Positions 22,490-33,348 of a stretch of DNA of 64,000 nt are shown one piece after another. This DNA comes from Candidatus Omnitrophota bacterium. Lineage in GTDB: Bacteria; Omnitrophota; Gorgyraeia; Pluralincolimonadales; Pluralincolimonadaceae. Where the stretch lies: contig PLNR01000005.1 in assembly GCA_003141835.1 (NCBI GenBank), positions 126,289 through 190,288 on the forward strand, in the 5' to 3' direction. The number at the start of each line of letters is the position of its first letter. The first letter of the stretch is position 1. The position numbers and the translations under genes are program-made. The notes beneath the pieces were generated by a model. It ran no database searches, was not told where the DNA came from, and saw only the letters and a program-made list of their open reading frames with translations.

Positions 22490-24277
22490 TTGAGACACAG
22501 ACCGAGGCCGGCGCTGGTCATCCTTGGGTTGACGGCGCTGGTCGTGCTCATATTCATAGACCTGCAAGGCAATTATTTTTTAAAGGAATTCAAGACGAAG
22601 TCCCTCGCCGTAATGAGGGAGAAGATAGGCGTCGACGGCGAGATAGGCAGCGTCGAGGGCGGGGTGTTCAGGGGCATCATCCTCAAGGACGTCAAGCTTT
22701 ACGGCGCGCTTCCCTCGCAGGCCAAAAAGGTCTTCTTCTCTTCGGCGGCCATCGACCTTAATTACCGGTTGTGGGACCTGGCCTTCGGAAAGTACGGCAA
22801 GCTCGACAAGATAACTTTTGTATCGCCCAAGGTATACTTTTTCGAGGCGGGTCACAACCCGCCGAAAATCCCGAAGGTCTTCGAGCCGGCGTGGAAAGAG
22901 ATAACCGTATCGATAAGGGACGGTTCTTTTTATAACTCCCAGGGCGCGCCGGTCATCACGGAAGTGAACGGTAATTTCAAGGTGGGCGAACACGGCATAG
23001 AATCGCAGAACGTGAACGCCTATATCCTGGGGCAGAGGTTTGCGGGAAGGGGCAGCGTCGGTTTCCCGGTAGACCGGTCGGCGGTAAAGATGGAAGGCTC
23101 GATAAAGGGCCAGGGCTATACGCTGAGGGTACAGCTTGAAGGCGTTCTCGACAAAATATCCGTGCGCGGCTCTTTTGACATATTCGATAAGCTGAACCTG
23201 AATTTTGCGGGCAATATCGCCAAGTCCGAAGGGACGCTTTCTTTCAATGATTTTAAGTTCGGCCCGAAAGCGATAGTGAACGCGGTCCTCCAGACGGCTG
23301 ACAAGGGTTTCTGCATAAACCTGTATCCGGAAGACGTGAGCGGGAACGCTACCGCGCTGGGAGAGGTGAGCAGGTTCTGCATCACAGGGGATTTCGCGAA
23401 GCTCCCATATTTCACCCTGACGATAAACGCCAACCACCTCAAGGCGATGGGATTCGACCTGCTCTCGAATTATTACATGAGCGGAAAGCTTAATTATGAC
23501 GCGAATAACAGGCTTGAGTCGGTGACCGGCGACTTCAGCACTTCGGGCTCGGTGATAAATTACGACCCGGTGAGGGAGATAAAGGGCGCGTACGAGTTCA
23601 AGGACGGCGTGATAAAGCTGACCGGCGTCAATTATGGCGATGTCGTTTACGCAAACGGCACTATCGGCATCGCGGGCAAGAACGATCTCGACCTCCATTT
23701 TAAATTTAAAGGCGCCCAGCTCGGCGGCCTCACCGACCTCGCTATGGAGAAGGGGGCGGTGTCCGGGCTCGTCTTCGGAGACATGGACATCCACGGCGGA
23801 GTCGGCAAGGAAGCCAGCATAGCCGGCCAGCTCGAATTCCAGAACGGCAACATAAGCACGGTGCGCTACAATTCCGCGAAGATAACATTGAAGGGCAAGA
23901 GTTCTGCCCTTGAATTTATCGATTCAAAAGTCTATACTGGTGATCAGGTGCTTATGCTTGAGGGCAAGCTGGATCTGCGGGATATCGGCACTCCGCGGAT
24001 CTTCCGCAACCTCCTGATAAAGGCCGACCAGAACACGGTCGTGTGGGCGGGCGAGAGTACGATGAAGGCGCCGGCCGGAGGGGATTACGCGGCCGGGGCG
24101 GGCGCGAACGAACAATTCAAGGTCAACCTGAAGACTTACGAGTCCCAGCAGGGAAACCAGGTGCCGCGGCAGGATACGATGGATGCGGAATCCAAGCTTG
24201 CGAACCAGGCGGGCACGAAATTGAAGATGAAAGAGAACGAGGATTTCTTCGGGGTCGAGCACAAGGTGAGGTTCTAA
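22490..24277 (+). CDS. AsmA/TamB-like beta-rich periplasmic protein
   Basis: N-terminal TM anchor, long Gly-rich alternating beta-strand pattern, C-terminal FFGVEHKVRF; family assignment is inference. Confidence 0.5.
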   Translation: MRHRPRPALVILGLTALVVLIFIDLQGNYFLKEFKTKSLAVMREKIGVDGEIGSVEGGVFRGIILKDVKLYGALPSQAKKVFFSSAAIDLNYRLWDLAFGKYGKLDKITFVSPKVYFFEAGHNPPKIPKVFEPAWKEITVSIRDGSFYNSQGAPVITEVNGNFKVGEHGIESQNVNAYILGQRFAGRGSVGFPVDRSAVKMEGSIKGQGYTLRVQLEGVLDKISVRGSFDIFDKLNLNFAGNIAKSEGTLSFNDFKFGPKAIVNAVLQTADKGFCINLYPEDVSGNATALGEVSRFCITGDFAKLPYFTLTINANHLKAMGFDLLSNYYMSGKLNYDANNRLESVTGDFSTSGSVINYDPVREIKGAYEFKDGVIKLTGVNYGDVVYANGTIGIAGKNDLDLHFKFKGAQLGGLTDLAMEKGAVSGLVFGDMDIHGGVGKEASIAGQLEFQNGNISTVRYNSAKITLKGKSSALEFIDSKVYTGDQVLMLEGKLDLRDIGTPRIFRNLLIKADQNTVVWAGESTMKAPAGGDYAAGAGANEQFKVNLKTYESQQGNQVPRQDTMDAESKLANQAGTKLKMKENEDFFGVEHKVRF

Positions 24278-24281
24278 CGAT

Positions 24282-25067
24282 ATGAACGGTTGGATAACGA
24301 CGCTGGGCGAGAGGTTCCTTAATTTTATCCGTTACGCCGGAGGGGTATCCGTCCTCTTCGTGCGGACCATATTCTGGGTATTTGTTCCGCCGCTTAAACG
24401 CAGGCAGATCCTCGACCAGATGGTCAAGATCGGCGTCGACAGCCTGCCCATAGTTTTCCTTACCAGCCTCTTTACCGGCATGGTCCTCGCCCTGCAGAGC
24501 GCTTACCAGATGCAGAAGATGGAGGCGAAGCTCTATATCGCGAGCCTCGTCGCGCTCTCGATAACCAGGGAGCTCGGGCCTGTATTGACCGCGCTTGTGG
24601 TTGCGGGCCGGATCGGCGCCTCGATAGCCGCCGAACTCGGAACGATGAAGGTGACCGAGCAGATAGACGCGCTTGAAACCCTGGCGACGAACCCGATAAA
24701 ATATCTCGTAGTGCCCAGGTTTATCGCGCTCTTTTTCATGCTGCCGCTGCTGACTATATACGCCGACATCGTCGGCATATTCGGCGGGTACATGATCGGC
24801 GTCTGGAGGCTGAATATACTCAGTAACCTTTATTGGGACATGACTTGGAACCCGCTTCACATCAAAGATATCGTCACCGGCATCATCAAGGCCTTCGCTT
24901 TCGGCGTCATAATATGCATAGTGGCCTGTTACGAGGGGATGAGGGTCGAAGGGGGCGCCGAGGGAGTCGGAGCGGCGACGACTAAGGCGGTCGTCATCGC
25001 GTTCATACTCATAATCGCGGCTGACTGCCTCTTTACCGCGTTGTTCTATTTTGGGTTTGCATTCTAA
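24282..25067 (+). CDS. mlaE: MlaE-family ABC transporter permease
   Basis: RELGPVLTALVVAGRIGASIAAELGTMKVTEQIDAL, GGAEGVGAATT. Confidence 0.93.
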   Translation: MNGWITTLGERFLNFIRYAGGVSVLFVRTIFWVFVPPLKRRQILDQMVKIGVDSLPIVFLTSLFTGMVLALQSAYQMQKMEAKLYIASLVALSITRELGPVLTALVVAGRIGASIAAELGTMKVTEQIDALETLATNPIKYLVVPRFIALFFMLPLLTIYADIVGIFGGYMIGVWRLNILSNLYWDMTWNPLHIKDIVTGIIKAFAFGVIICIVACYEGMRVEGGAEGVGAATTKAVVIAFILIIAADCLFTALFYFGFAF

Positions 25068-25069
25068 AT

Positions 25070-25819
25070 ATGATAGAATTGATCAATGTAAGCAAATCGT
25101 TCGAGGACCACATGGTCCTCGACAACATGAACCTCACGATCCGCGATGGGGAAACTATCGTGATCATAGGCCGTTCCGGCATCGGTAAGAGCGTCACGCT
25201 CAAGCATATAATCGGCCTGATGAAACCCGATTCCGGACAGGTCATAGTCGACGGATTGGATATAACCAGGCTCGACGCGAAGGGCCTTAACGAACTCAGG
25301 CTGAAATTCGGCATGCTATTCCAGGGAGCGGCGCTATTCGATTCGCTCAACGTGCGCGATAACGTGGCGTTCAATCTTATTGAACATACCAAGATGGACG
25401 ATAAGGCGATAGACAAGAGGGTGGCCGAATGCCTGGAGCTCGTCGGCCTGCGGGGCATAGAATACCTGAGCCCGGCGGAGCTTTCCGGAGGCATGAGGAA
25501 ACGCGTCGGCCTGGCCAGGGCCATATGCATGAACCCGAAGATAATACTTTACGATGAGCCGACGACCGGCGTAGACCCGATAATGGCCGACGCGGTCAAC
25601 GACCTCATCAAGGATTTGCAGTCGAAGCTTAAGACCACCGCAGTGGCGGTCACACATGACATGACCTCGGCCTATAAGATAGCGGACAGGATCGCGATGC
25701 TCTATAAGGGAAAGATCGTCGAGATCGGGACCCCTGACGAGATAAAGAACACCAAGAACCCTGTCGTAAAACAGTTCATAACCGGCGCGGCCACAGGGCC
25801 GATAACGGAGGACTCATGA
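25070..25819 (+). CDS. mlaF: MlaF-family ABC transporter ATPase
   Basis: GRSGIGKS, FQGAALFDS, LSGGMRKRVGLARA. Confidence 0.93.
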   Translation: MIELINVSKSFEDHMVLDNMNLTIRDGETIVIIGRSGIGKSVTLKHIIGLMKPDSGQVIVDGLDITRLDAKGLNELRLKFGMLFQGAALFDSLNVRDNVAFNLIEHTKMDDKAIDKRVAECLELVGLRGIEYLSPAELSGGMRKRVGLARAICMNPKIILYDEPTTGVDPIMADAVNDLIKDLQSKLKTTAVAVTHDMTSAYKIADRIAMLYKGKIVEIGTPDEIKNTKNPVVKQFITGAATGPITEDS

Positions 25820-25844
25820 TGATACTTTTTCCGAGGAGGCTCAA

Positions 25845-26555
25845 ATGAGAAGGATGGATCTGGAGTTCAAGGTCGGGATTTTCGTGGCGATAGGCATTGC
25901 TATCCTGATGTCCATGGTCTTTTCGCTGAAGGAGCTTAAGCACGCCCAGCAGAACTATTCGATAAGGGTGCGCTTTAATTTCGCCAACGGCATCGAGGTC
26001 GCCGCGCCGGTAAGGGTGGCCGGCGTCCAGGTCGGAGAGGTGAAGAATATCGCGATCGTGGAGAACAAGGAAGCCAACAAGATGGCCGTCGACCTGTTTG
26101 TCGGGCTCGACAAGAAGGTAAAGGTCGAGAAAGACGCCGAAGCGTTCATAAATACGCTTGGGCTTATCGGGGAAAAATACGTGGAGATCCTCCCCGGCAC
26201 CCCGGGAGGCGAGGTATTGAAACCCGGCGAAACGCTGGTCGGCAGGGAGTCGGTGCCGATAGAGAAACTGACCGAGAAGGGCTACGAGATAGCGAGCGGG
26301 CTCGGCGACACTATAAAACATTTTAATAAACTGGTAGGGGACCCGGAGACGCAGGCCGCGTTCAAGGCGACGATGCTCGACATCAGGAAATTCATGGCGT
26401 CGGCGAACACGGTCATGGACAATGTCAAATCCGGACAAGGGACGATCGGCAAACTTTTTATGGACGAGGGCCTGTATAACGAGCTGGACGCCTTCGTAAA
26501 GGACCTTAAGGCTCACCCGTGGAAACTGCTTTCGAAGCCCAGGGGAGAAAAGTAA
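25845..26555 (+). CDS. mlaD: MlaD/MCE domain protein
   Basis: TM anchor, APVRVAGVQVGEV, GLIGEKYVEI, helical tail ending HPW. Confidence 0.9.
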   Translation: MRRMDLEFKVGIFVAIGIAILMSMVFSLKELKHAQQNYSIRVRFNFANGIEVAAPVRVAGVQVGEVKNIAIVENKEANKMAVDLFVGLDKKVKVEKDAEAFINTLGLIGEKYVEILPGTPGGEVLKPGETLVGRESVPIEKLTEKGYEIASGLGDTIKHFNKLVGDPETQAAFKATMLDIRKFMASANTVMDNVKSGQGTIGKLFMDEGLYNELDAFVKDLKAHPWKLLSKPRGEK

Positions 26556-26587
26556 CAGAATGATAAAGGAAAGGAGGTGAGATAAAA

Positions 26588-27580
26588 ATGCCATTTACGA
26601 TCGTGCGCGCTTTTTTTGTGCTTCTTTGCGGCCTGATGGGTTTCGGGATGGGGGACCTCTTCAAGTCCCTGTTCGGGGATTTCGCCCCGGTAATCGGGAT
26701 AGGGCTGGGCGTATTGCTCGGCCTCCTTATAATAGTGCTGGAATTGACGTCGAAGAGAGTTTCGGTGAAAGGCCTTTCGGCCGCGGTATTCGGTATAGTA
26801 TTCGGTATATTGTTCGCACGGCTTATGATCGAAGTCTTCAAGCTGATGCATATGCCGGAGGAAGTGAACGGTGTCCTAATAGTCATTTTTGCATACCTGG
26901 GCATGGTCATGGCGTTAAGGGGCAAGGACGAGTTCAACATAATAATCCCTTACGTCAAGTTGAGGAGGGAAGACCAGCGCGAGGAGATAATCGTCCTCGA
27001 TACATCCGTAATCATAGACGGCAGGATCGCCGACATATGCCACACGAAGTTCATAGAAGGGAAATTGGTCATTCCGAGGTTCGTGCTTAAGGAACTACAG
27101 CAGATAGCCGATTCGGCGGACCCGATCAAGAGGAACCGCGGCAGGCGCGGCCTTGATATGCTCAACAAGATCCGCAAGTCCGGGCATATGGAAGTCAAGA
27201 TCCACGAGGAGGACCTTCCGGAGATCCACGATGTCGACGCGAAACTCATAAAACTCGCGAAGATGCTCAACGCCAAGGTATTCACCAACGACTATAACCT
27301 CAACAAGATAGCGGAGCTCCAGGGCGTGTCGGTGCTCAACATTAACGAGCTCGCCAACGCGCTCAAGCCCGTGGTCATACCGGGCGAGTTGATGGAGGCG
27401 AAGATAGTGAAGGAAGGCAAGGAGTATAACCAGGCGGTCGCGTATCTCGATGACGGGACGATGGTTGTCATCGACAACGCCAGGCAGCTGATAGGGCAGA
27501 CGGTGAAGGTCATAGTCACGTCGGTCCTCCAGACTGCGGCGGGAAGGATGATATTCGCGAAGTTGGAATCACAGCGATAG
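26588..27580 (+). CDS. Membrane PIN/TRAM domain protein (YacL family)
   Basis: [49 protein letters not shown]. Confidence 0.92.
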   Translation: MPFTIVRAFFVLLCGLMGFGMGDLFKSLFGDFAPVIGIGLGVLLGLLIIVLELTSKRVSVKGLSAAVFGIVFGILFARLMIEVFKLMHMPEEVNGVLIVIFAYLGMVMALRGKDEFNIIIPYVKLRREDQREEIIVLDTSVIIDGRIADICHTKFIEGKLVIPRFVLKELQQIADSADPIKRNRGRRGLDMLNKIRKSGHMEVKIHEEDLPEIHDVDAKLIKLAKMLNAKVFTNDYNLNKIAELQGVSVLNINELANALKPVVIPGELMEAKIVKEGKEYNQAVAYLDDGTMVVIDNARQLIGQTVKVIVTSVLQTAAGRMIFAKLESQR

Positions 27581-27590
27581 GAGGCCTGAT

Positions 27591-28283
27591 ATGAAAGTAG
27601 CTGCGATAGTCGCGGCGGCGGGAAAAGGCGAACGGCTCAAATCAAAGGTCCATAAGCCTTTTGTGGCGCTCGGGAAGGACCCGATATTGCTTCACGCTTT
27701 AAAGGTCCTCGATAATTCCAACCTGGTCGGCGAGATAATCGTTGTCGCGCACCAGGCCGACCTCCCGAAGGCGCGGCTGCTCCTCAAAAAGGCCAAGCTG
27801 AAGAAATTCAAGGAACTCGTCGCGGGCGGGAAGCGCCGTATGGATTCGGTCAAGAACGGGCTTTCCGCCGTCAGCGAGGACGCCGATTATGTCATCATAC
27901 ATGACGGCTGCAGGCCGTTCATAGACAACAAGATGATATCTTCGGTGCTCGGCGCGGCCGAGACGTTCGGCGCGGCGATCACCGGCGTCCCGGTGAAACC
28001 GACCATCAAGGAGATAGAGAAGGGAAATTTCGTCGCAGCGACCCTGAAGAGGGAAACGCTGGTCGACGTCCAGACGCCGCAAGCATTCAGGAAGGACGTC
28101 CTCTTGAGGGCTTACGATAAGGCCCTATCCGAAGGCGCCGAAGCCGCGGAAGCGACCGACGATTCGGCGCTGGTCGAGAGGACCGGCATAAAAGTGAAGG
28201 TCGTGGACGGCTCATACAGGAACATAAAGATAACCACGCAGGAAGACCTGAGGTACGCCAAGATGCTCATGGGTGAAAAATGA
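27591..28283 (+). CDS. ispD: 2-C-methyl-D-erythritol 4-phosphate cytidylyltransferase
   Basis: AAGKGER, IHDGCRP, QTPQAF, TDD, NIKITT. Confidence 0.95.
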   Translation: MKVAAIVAAAGKGERLKSKVHKPFVALGKDPILLHALKVLDNSNLVGEIIVVAHQADLPKARLLLKKAKLKKFKELVAGGKRRMDSVKNGLSAVSEDADYVIIHDGCRPFIDNKMISSVLGAAETFGAAITGVPVKPTIKEIEKGNFVAATLKRETLVDVQTPQAFRKDVLLRAYDKALSEGAEAAEATDDSALVERTGIKVKVVDGSYRNIKITTQEDLRYAKMLMGEK

Positions 28284-28756
28284 GAGTAGGGCTCGGTTAC
28301 GATATACACAGGCTTATCGAAGGGCGCAAGCTCTTCCTCGGAGGCGTTGAGATCCCCTACATAAAGGGCCTCGAAGGCTACTCCGACGCAGACGTCCTTT
28401 TGCACGCGATATGCGACGCGATATTGGGCGCCATAGGCAAGGAAGATATCGGGATACATTTCCCGAATAACGACCCTAAGTTCAAGGGCATCAGCAGCCT
28501 CGAATTGCTGCATAAGGTCGCGGTGCTGGCCGAGGCGTCCGGTTACAAGATAATAAATATCGATTCGACGCTCATACTGGAAGAGCCGAAGATCCTGCCT
28601 TTCAAGGCGAAGATGAAGAAGACGCTCGCCTCGGTATTGGGGATAGACGAGGACCGGCTGAACATAAAGGCCACCACGCAGGAAGGCGTGGGCGCGATCG
28701 GGCGCGGAGAGGCGATAGCCGCTTACGCAGTAGCTTCTGTTGAGGAGATAAAATAG
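28280..28756 (+). CDS. ispF: 2-C-methyl-D-erythritol 2,4-cyclodiphosphate synthase
   Basis: GLGYDIH, SDADVLLHA, DIGIHFP, KATT. Confidence 0.95.
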   Translation: MRVGLGYDIHRLIEGRKLFLGGVEIPYIKGLEGYSDADVLLHAICDAILGAIGKEDIGIHFPNNDPKFKGISSLELLHKVAVLAEASGYKIINIDSTLILEEPKILPFKAKMKKTLASVLGIDEDRLNIKATTQEGVGAIGRGEAIAAYAVASVEEIK

Positions 28757-29467
28757 ATGGAAGTCTTGTTGATAATAATACTGGCGATCATCGCGGTTGC
28801 GGTGATAAAGCTTTGGCTTATTTCGATGATATTCAGGCAGGAGATAAAGGCGGTCTTCGAGCGCGACCCGGCCGCGAAGAGCGCGTTCGAGGTCATACTG
28901 CTTTATTCCGGCCTGCACGCCATCATATATTACAGGATCTCTCGCGCGTTTTATACCGCAGGCGTGCCTTTGCTCCCAAGGATGATATCGCAATACGGGA
29001 GGTTCATGACCGGGATAGAGATACATCCGGGCGCGACTATCGGGAAAGGCCTTTTTATAGACCACGGCATGGGGGTCGTCATCGGCGAGACGTCGATAAT
29101 CGGCGATAACGTCACCCTTTACCAGGGCGTGACACTCGGCGGCACCGGCAAGGAGAAAGGCAAGCGCCATCCGACGCTTGGCAATAATGTCGTAGTCGGC
29201 ACAGGCGCGAAGGTGCTGGGCAATATAAAGATAGGCAACGACGTCCTGATAGGCGCCAATGCCGTCGTCGTCAAAGATGTGCCGGACGATTCGACCGTCG
29301 TCGGCGTCCCCGGAAGGATCGTGAAACAGGAAGGCAAGATAGTCCACGGCATAAGGCTTGACCATACGAACATGCCCGACCCGCTGGTGAAGGCCTTGCA
29401 AGACCTGTGGGACGAGATAGACCAGATAAAAGGCAACGCAAAGAAACATCACCCGGACCTTGAATAG
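28757..29467 (+). CDS. cysE: Serine O-acetyltransferase
   Basis: [32 protein letters not shown]; unusual hydrophobic N-terminus. Confidence 0.93.
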   Translation: MEVLLIIILAIIAVAVIKLWLISMIFRQEIKAVFERDPAAKSAFEVILLYSGLHAIIYYRISRAFYTAGVPLLPRMISQYGRFMTGIEIHPGATIGKGLFIDHGMGVVIGETSIIGDNVTLYQGVTLGGTGKEKGKRHPTLGNNVVVGTGAKVLGNIKIGNDVLIGANAVVVKDVPDDSTVVGVPGRIVKQEGKIVHGIRLDHTNMPDPLVKALQDLWDEIDQIKGNAKKHHPDLE

Positions 29468-29472
29468 ATTTC

Positions 29473-30906
29473 ATGCCCATCCTCATACATAACACCCTGA
29501 CGCGCAAGCTCGAAGAATTCAAGCCCATCAAAGCCAGCGAGGCCCGCATGTACGTCTGCGGCGTCACCGTCTATGACGAATGCCACCTCGGCCACGCCAG
29601 GAGCGGTTTTATATTTGATTTCATCAGGAATTACCTCGGGTACCGCGGATATAAAGTGACATTCGTAAAAAATATCACGGATGTCGACGATAAGATCATA
29701 AACAGGGCGCGCGCCGAGGTCGCCGACAAAAATTCGCGGCTTCACGGCATCGACTTGAATGAAGCCGTAAAAGAGATCGCCCGGCGCTATACGGAGAGTT
29801 TTTACGGGGATATGGCGTCCCTCGGCATCGCGAAGGCCGACAAGGAACCGAAGGCGACCGAGCACATAAAAGAGATAATTAAGATGATAGCCGCCCTTAT
29901 TGATAAAGGTTATGCTTATGCGGCCGGCGGGGATGTTTATTTCGACGTGAGGAAGTTCGGCGGTTACGGGAAACTCTCTAACCAGGACAAGGACCAGATG
30001 CTGGAAGGCACCAGGTCTGAGACATCTGAAAAGAAAAGAGACGCCCTCGATTTCGCTTTGTGGAAGTCGGCGAAGGAGAACGAGCCGGAATGGGATTCCC
30101 CGTGGGGCAAGGGCAGGCCGGGCTGGCACATCGAGTGCTCGGCGATGTCGACCAAATACCTCGGAGATAATTTCGATATACACGGCGGCGGGCGCGACCT
30201 CATATTCCCGCACCATGAGAACGAGATCGCGCAGTCCGAGTGCGCTACCGGCAAACCGTTCGCGAATTACTGGATACATAACGGGCTTTTGACGATAATC
30301 GGCGAGAAGATGTCGAAGTCGCTCGGCAACTACGTCTCTATAAAGGCCGTGCTTGCGCGTTACCCCTCCGACGTCCTTAAGATATTCTTCCTCGGCGCGC
30401 ATTATTCCCACCCGATAGATTTTACGTGGGAGAAGATGGAAGCGGCGAAGAGCGGCTACGAAAGGTTCCTCGTGTTGTTGGATAAGATAGACAGGCGCCT
30501 GGAGGGAAAGGGGCAGGTCAAGGCAAAGAATAACGCGGAGATAGGCGGTTTAAAGGCCGCGTTCGAGGCCGGCATGGACGATAATTTCAATACCCCGGCT
30601 GCGCTTGGGGCGCTATTCGACCTGGCCACCGCCGGCAACAAAATACTTGATAGAAATGAAGATGCTTCTGTGATAAAATACCTACAAAGCACCCTTTTGG
30701 AGCTGGCCGGGGTCCTCGGCCTTAGGTTTAAGAACGCGTCAAACGGCATGTCGGACAATGAGATACAAAAACTGGTCGACGCCCGCATCGACGCGAAAAA
30801 GAAGAGAGATTTCAAGGAGTCCGACAGGATAAGGGAAGAGCTGGGCAAGAACGGCATCATCCTGGAAGACGATAAAGGGAAGACTTACTGGAGGCGCAAG
30901 ATATAG
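29473..30906 (+). CDS. cysS: Cysteine--tRNA ligase
   Basis: [27 protein letters not shown]. Confidence 0.97.
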   Translation: MPILIHNTLTRKLEEFKPIKASEARMYVCGVTVYDECHLGHARSGFIFDFIRNYLGYRGYKVTFVKNITDVDDKIINRARAEVADKNSRLHGIDLNEAVKEIARRYTESFYGDMASLGIAKADKEPKATEHIKEIIKMIAALIDKGYAYAAGGDVYFDVRKFGGYGKLSNQDKDQMLEGTRSETSEKKRDALDFALWKSAKENEPEWDSPWGKGRPGWHIECSAMSTKYLGDNFDIHGGGRDLIFPHHENEIAQSECATGKPFANYWIHNGLLTIIGEKMSKSLGNYVSIKAVLARYPSDVLKIFFLGAHYSHPIDFTWEKMEAAKSGYERFLVLLDKIDRRLEGKGQVKAKNNAEIGGLKAAFEAGMDDNFNTPAALGALFDLATAGNKILDRNEDASVIKYLQSTLLELAGVLGLRFKNASNGMSDNEIQKLVDARIDAKKKRDFKESDRIREELGKNGIILEDDKGKTYWRRKI

Positions 30907-31842
30907 ATGGCACTTAAGGCACGCGCAAAAGAGACGCTCGCGGCGTATTTATTCCTCTCGCCGAACCTAATCGGGTTCATGGTATTTACTTTCCTGCCTG
31001 TCTTCGCGTCACTGCTGTTGAGCTTTTACAAATGGGATATAATAACATGGCCGCCCAAGTTCGTCGGCATGCATAATTTCGTGGACCTTCTCGGTGTCCA
31101 TTCCGAGGCCGGCAAACTCGTCGTCAACGACCCCAAATTCTGGCAGTACCTCTGGAACACCGTATTCCTGATGTTCTCGATCCCGATATGCATGATGGCG
31201 TCCCTGTTCCTTGCGACCGCGCTCAACCGCAAGATAAAAGGCGAGTCGCTCTTCAGGACTCTCTTTTTCCTGCCTTCAATATGCCCGGGAGTCGCGGTAG
31301 CGATCCTCTGGCTGTGGATATTCAACCCCGATTTCGGGATGCTCAATAACATAATCTACTGGATCGGGAAGCTCCTCGGCTTCAACATACCCGGGCCGTT
31401 ATGGCTCAATTCCCCGGGATGGGCGAAGCCGTCGTTGATGCTCATGAACTTCTGGATCGCCATCGGCGGAATGAACATGATCCTTTACCTCGCCGCCCTG
31501 CAGGGGATACCGAGGGATTTCTACGAAGCGGCCGAGATAGACGGCGCGAACGGCTGGCAGAAATTCTGGGCGATAACCTGGCCCCAGATAAGCCCGACGA
31601 CATTCTTCATTTTTTTGATGAGCATAATCGGCGGGTTCCAGGGCGGTTTCATGCAGGCGTATATAATGACAGGCGGCGGGCCGGGCGGTGCGACGACCAC
31701 GATCGAATATTACATCTTCAATAACCTTTACACCTGGCAGAACGTCGGTTACGCCGCGGCTATCGCGTGGTTCCTCTTCATCGTGATATTCGCCGTCTCC
31801 CTCATCAATTGGAGATTCGGCGGAAAACTTGTCCATTACTAA
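30907..31842 (+). CDS. Carbohydrate ABC transporter permease (MalF/UgpA type)
   Basis: YEAAEIDGA EAA loop, GYAAAIAW. Confidence 0.9.
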   Translation: MALKARAKETLAAYLFLSPNLIGFMVFTFLPVFASLLLSFYKWDIITWPPKFVGMHNFVDLLGVHSEAGKLVVNDPKFWQYLWNTVFLMFSIPICMMASLFLATALNRKIKGESLFRTLFFLPSICPGVAVAILWLWIFNPDFGMLNNIIYWIGKLLGFNIPGPLWLNSPGWAKPSLMLMNFWIAIGGMNMILYLAALQGIPRDFYEAAEIDGANGWQKFWAITWPQISPTTFFIFLMSIIGGFQGGFMQAYIMTGGGPGGATTTIEYYIFNNLYTWQNVGYAAAIAWFLFIVIFAVSLINWRFGGKLVHY

Positions 31843-31854
31843 GGAACGGATAAT

Positions 31855-32727
31855 ATGGCAGAAAAGAATATAAGGCATAAGAGCGCGGCGGGTTCCAAGG
31901 AAAAGGGGCTGCAGTTTTTCGCTTATTCAGTCCTTATCATAGGCGCCGTCTCGATGATATTGCCTTTCCTGTGGATGACGACGACCTCGCTGAAGACGCT
32001 CGACGCGATATTTATCCAGCCAAAGAACTGGATACAGATGTTCGTTCCCACGATGTTCAAATGGGAGAACTACGCCGAAGCTTTCAAGGTAGTGCCGTTC
32101 GCGAAGTTCTACATGAACTCCATACTGGTAGGCCTCGCCGTCACGGTCGGGCAGGTCTTCACAAGCTCGATGGCGGCTTACGCCTTCTCGCGCTTGACTT
32201 TCCCGGGCAGGGACAAGCTATTCTTCGCGTACCTTGCGACGATGATGATCCCGGGGTCGGTCACGATGATACCCGTCTACGTCTTAATGAGGCTCTTCGG
32301 TTGGGTCGATACTTATAAAGCGCTTATAATCCCTATGATATTCTCCGCTTACGGGACGTTCATGCTCAGGCAGTTCTTCATGACATTGCCGAAGGACCTT
32401 GAGGACGCGGCGAAGATAGACGGCTGCGGATTCTTCCGCATATTCTGGACGATAATATTGCCACTCTCGAAACCGGCCCTGGCGACGCTGACGGTCTTTA
32501 CGTTCATGGGTAACTGGGGGAATTTCATGTGGCCCCTCCTGGTCACCAACAGCGACAGCATGAGGACTCTGCCGATAGGGCTGGAATCGTTCAAGACGCA
32601 ATACTCGACCGACTGGCATCTCCTGATGGCCGGCTCGGTCATGGCTATGCTGCCCATCGTCATAATCTTCATCTTCACCCAGCGTTACTTCGTCGAGTCG
32701 ATCAAGCTCAGCGGCGTAAAAGGATAG
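31855..32727 (+). CDS. Carbohydrate ABC transporter permease (MalG/UgpE type)
   Basis: LEDAAKIDG, PLSKPA, QRYFV. Confidence 0.9.
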   Translation: MAEKNIRHKSAAGSKEKGLQFFAYSVLIIGAVSMILPFLWMTTTSLKTLDAIFIQPKNWIQMFVPTMFKWENYAEAFKVVPFAKFYMNSILVGLAVTVGQVFTSSMAAYAFSRLTFPGRDKLFFAYLATMMIPGSVTMIPVYVLMRLFGWVDTYKALIIPMIFSAYGTFMLRQFFMTLPKDLEDAAKIDGCGFFRIFWTIILPLSKPALATLTVFTFMGNWGNFMWPLLVTNSDSMRTLPIGLESFKTQYSTDWHLLMAGSVMAMLPIVIIFIFTQRYFVESIKLSGVKG

Positions 32728-32730
32728 CAT

Positions 32731-33348
32731 ATGTCGCGCGGAAGGTTCATCACTATCGAGGGCCCGGAAGGGTCGGGAAAATCCACCCATTCACGCCTGC
32801 TTTGCGAATTCCTCAGGGGAAGCGGCCATAAGGTGCTCCATACGCGCGAGCCCGGAGGCACAAGATTAGGCGAGGCGATAAGACAGGTCCTGCTCGACAA
32901 GAAAAATAAGAATATGTCCGATGGATGCGAACTTTTCCTTTTCCTCGCGGCGCGCGCCCAAGTAGTCTCCGAAGTGATAATGCCGGCTTTGAAGAAGGGA
33001 TATATAGTTGTCTGCGACAGGTTCCATGACGCGACTGTCGCGTACCAGGGTTACGGCGCAGGCCTCGACCTGAAATTGATAGATTCGGCGGGTAAGCTCG
33101 CGACGGGCGGGCTTAAACCCGACCTGACTATATTGCTCGACGTTGAGACGTCGGCCGGGCTGAAACGCGGCGGCATAAAGGACAGGATGGAAGTCAAGCC
33201 TGTCCGTTTCCACAAGAAGGTCAGGGACGGTTATTTTAAGATAGCGAAGAAAGAACCGCGCCGGATAAAGGTCATCAATACCGGCGGCGTGCCTATCGCC
33301 GCGGTACAGGATAAAATAAGAAGAGCCGTATCGCATGTCGTTCAATAA
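32731..33348 (+). CDS. tmk: Thymidylate kinase
   Basis: EGPEGSGKST, REPGG, DRF, AYQG. Confidence 0.95.
   Translation: MSRGRFITIEGPEGSGKSTHSRLLCEFLRGSGHKVLHTREPGGTRLGEAIRQVLLDKKNKNMSDGCELFLFLAARAQVVSEVIMPALKKGYIVVCDRFHDATVAYQGYGAGLDLKLIDSAGKLATGGLKPDLTILLDVETSAGLKRGGIKDRMEVKPVRFHKKVRDGYFKIAKKEPRRIKVINTGGVPIAAVQDKIRRAVSHVVQ

Noticed and set aside
28375-28395. IspF YSD instead of the usual HSD; also TsaB GSLTA and divergent MetG residues after HIGH
   Set aside because: Metal ligands and core motifs are intact; probably lineage-level variation
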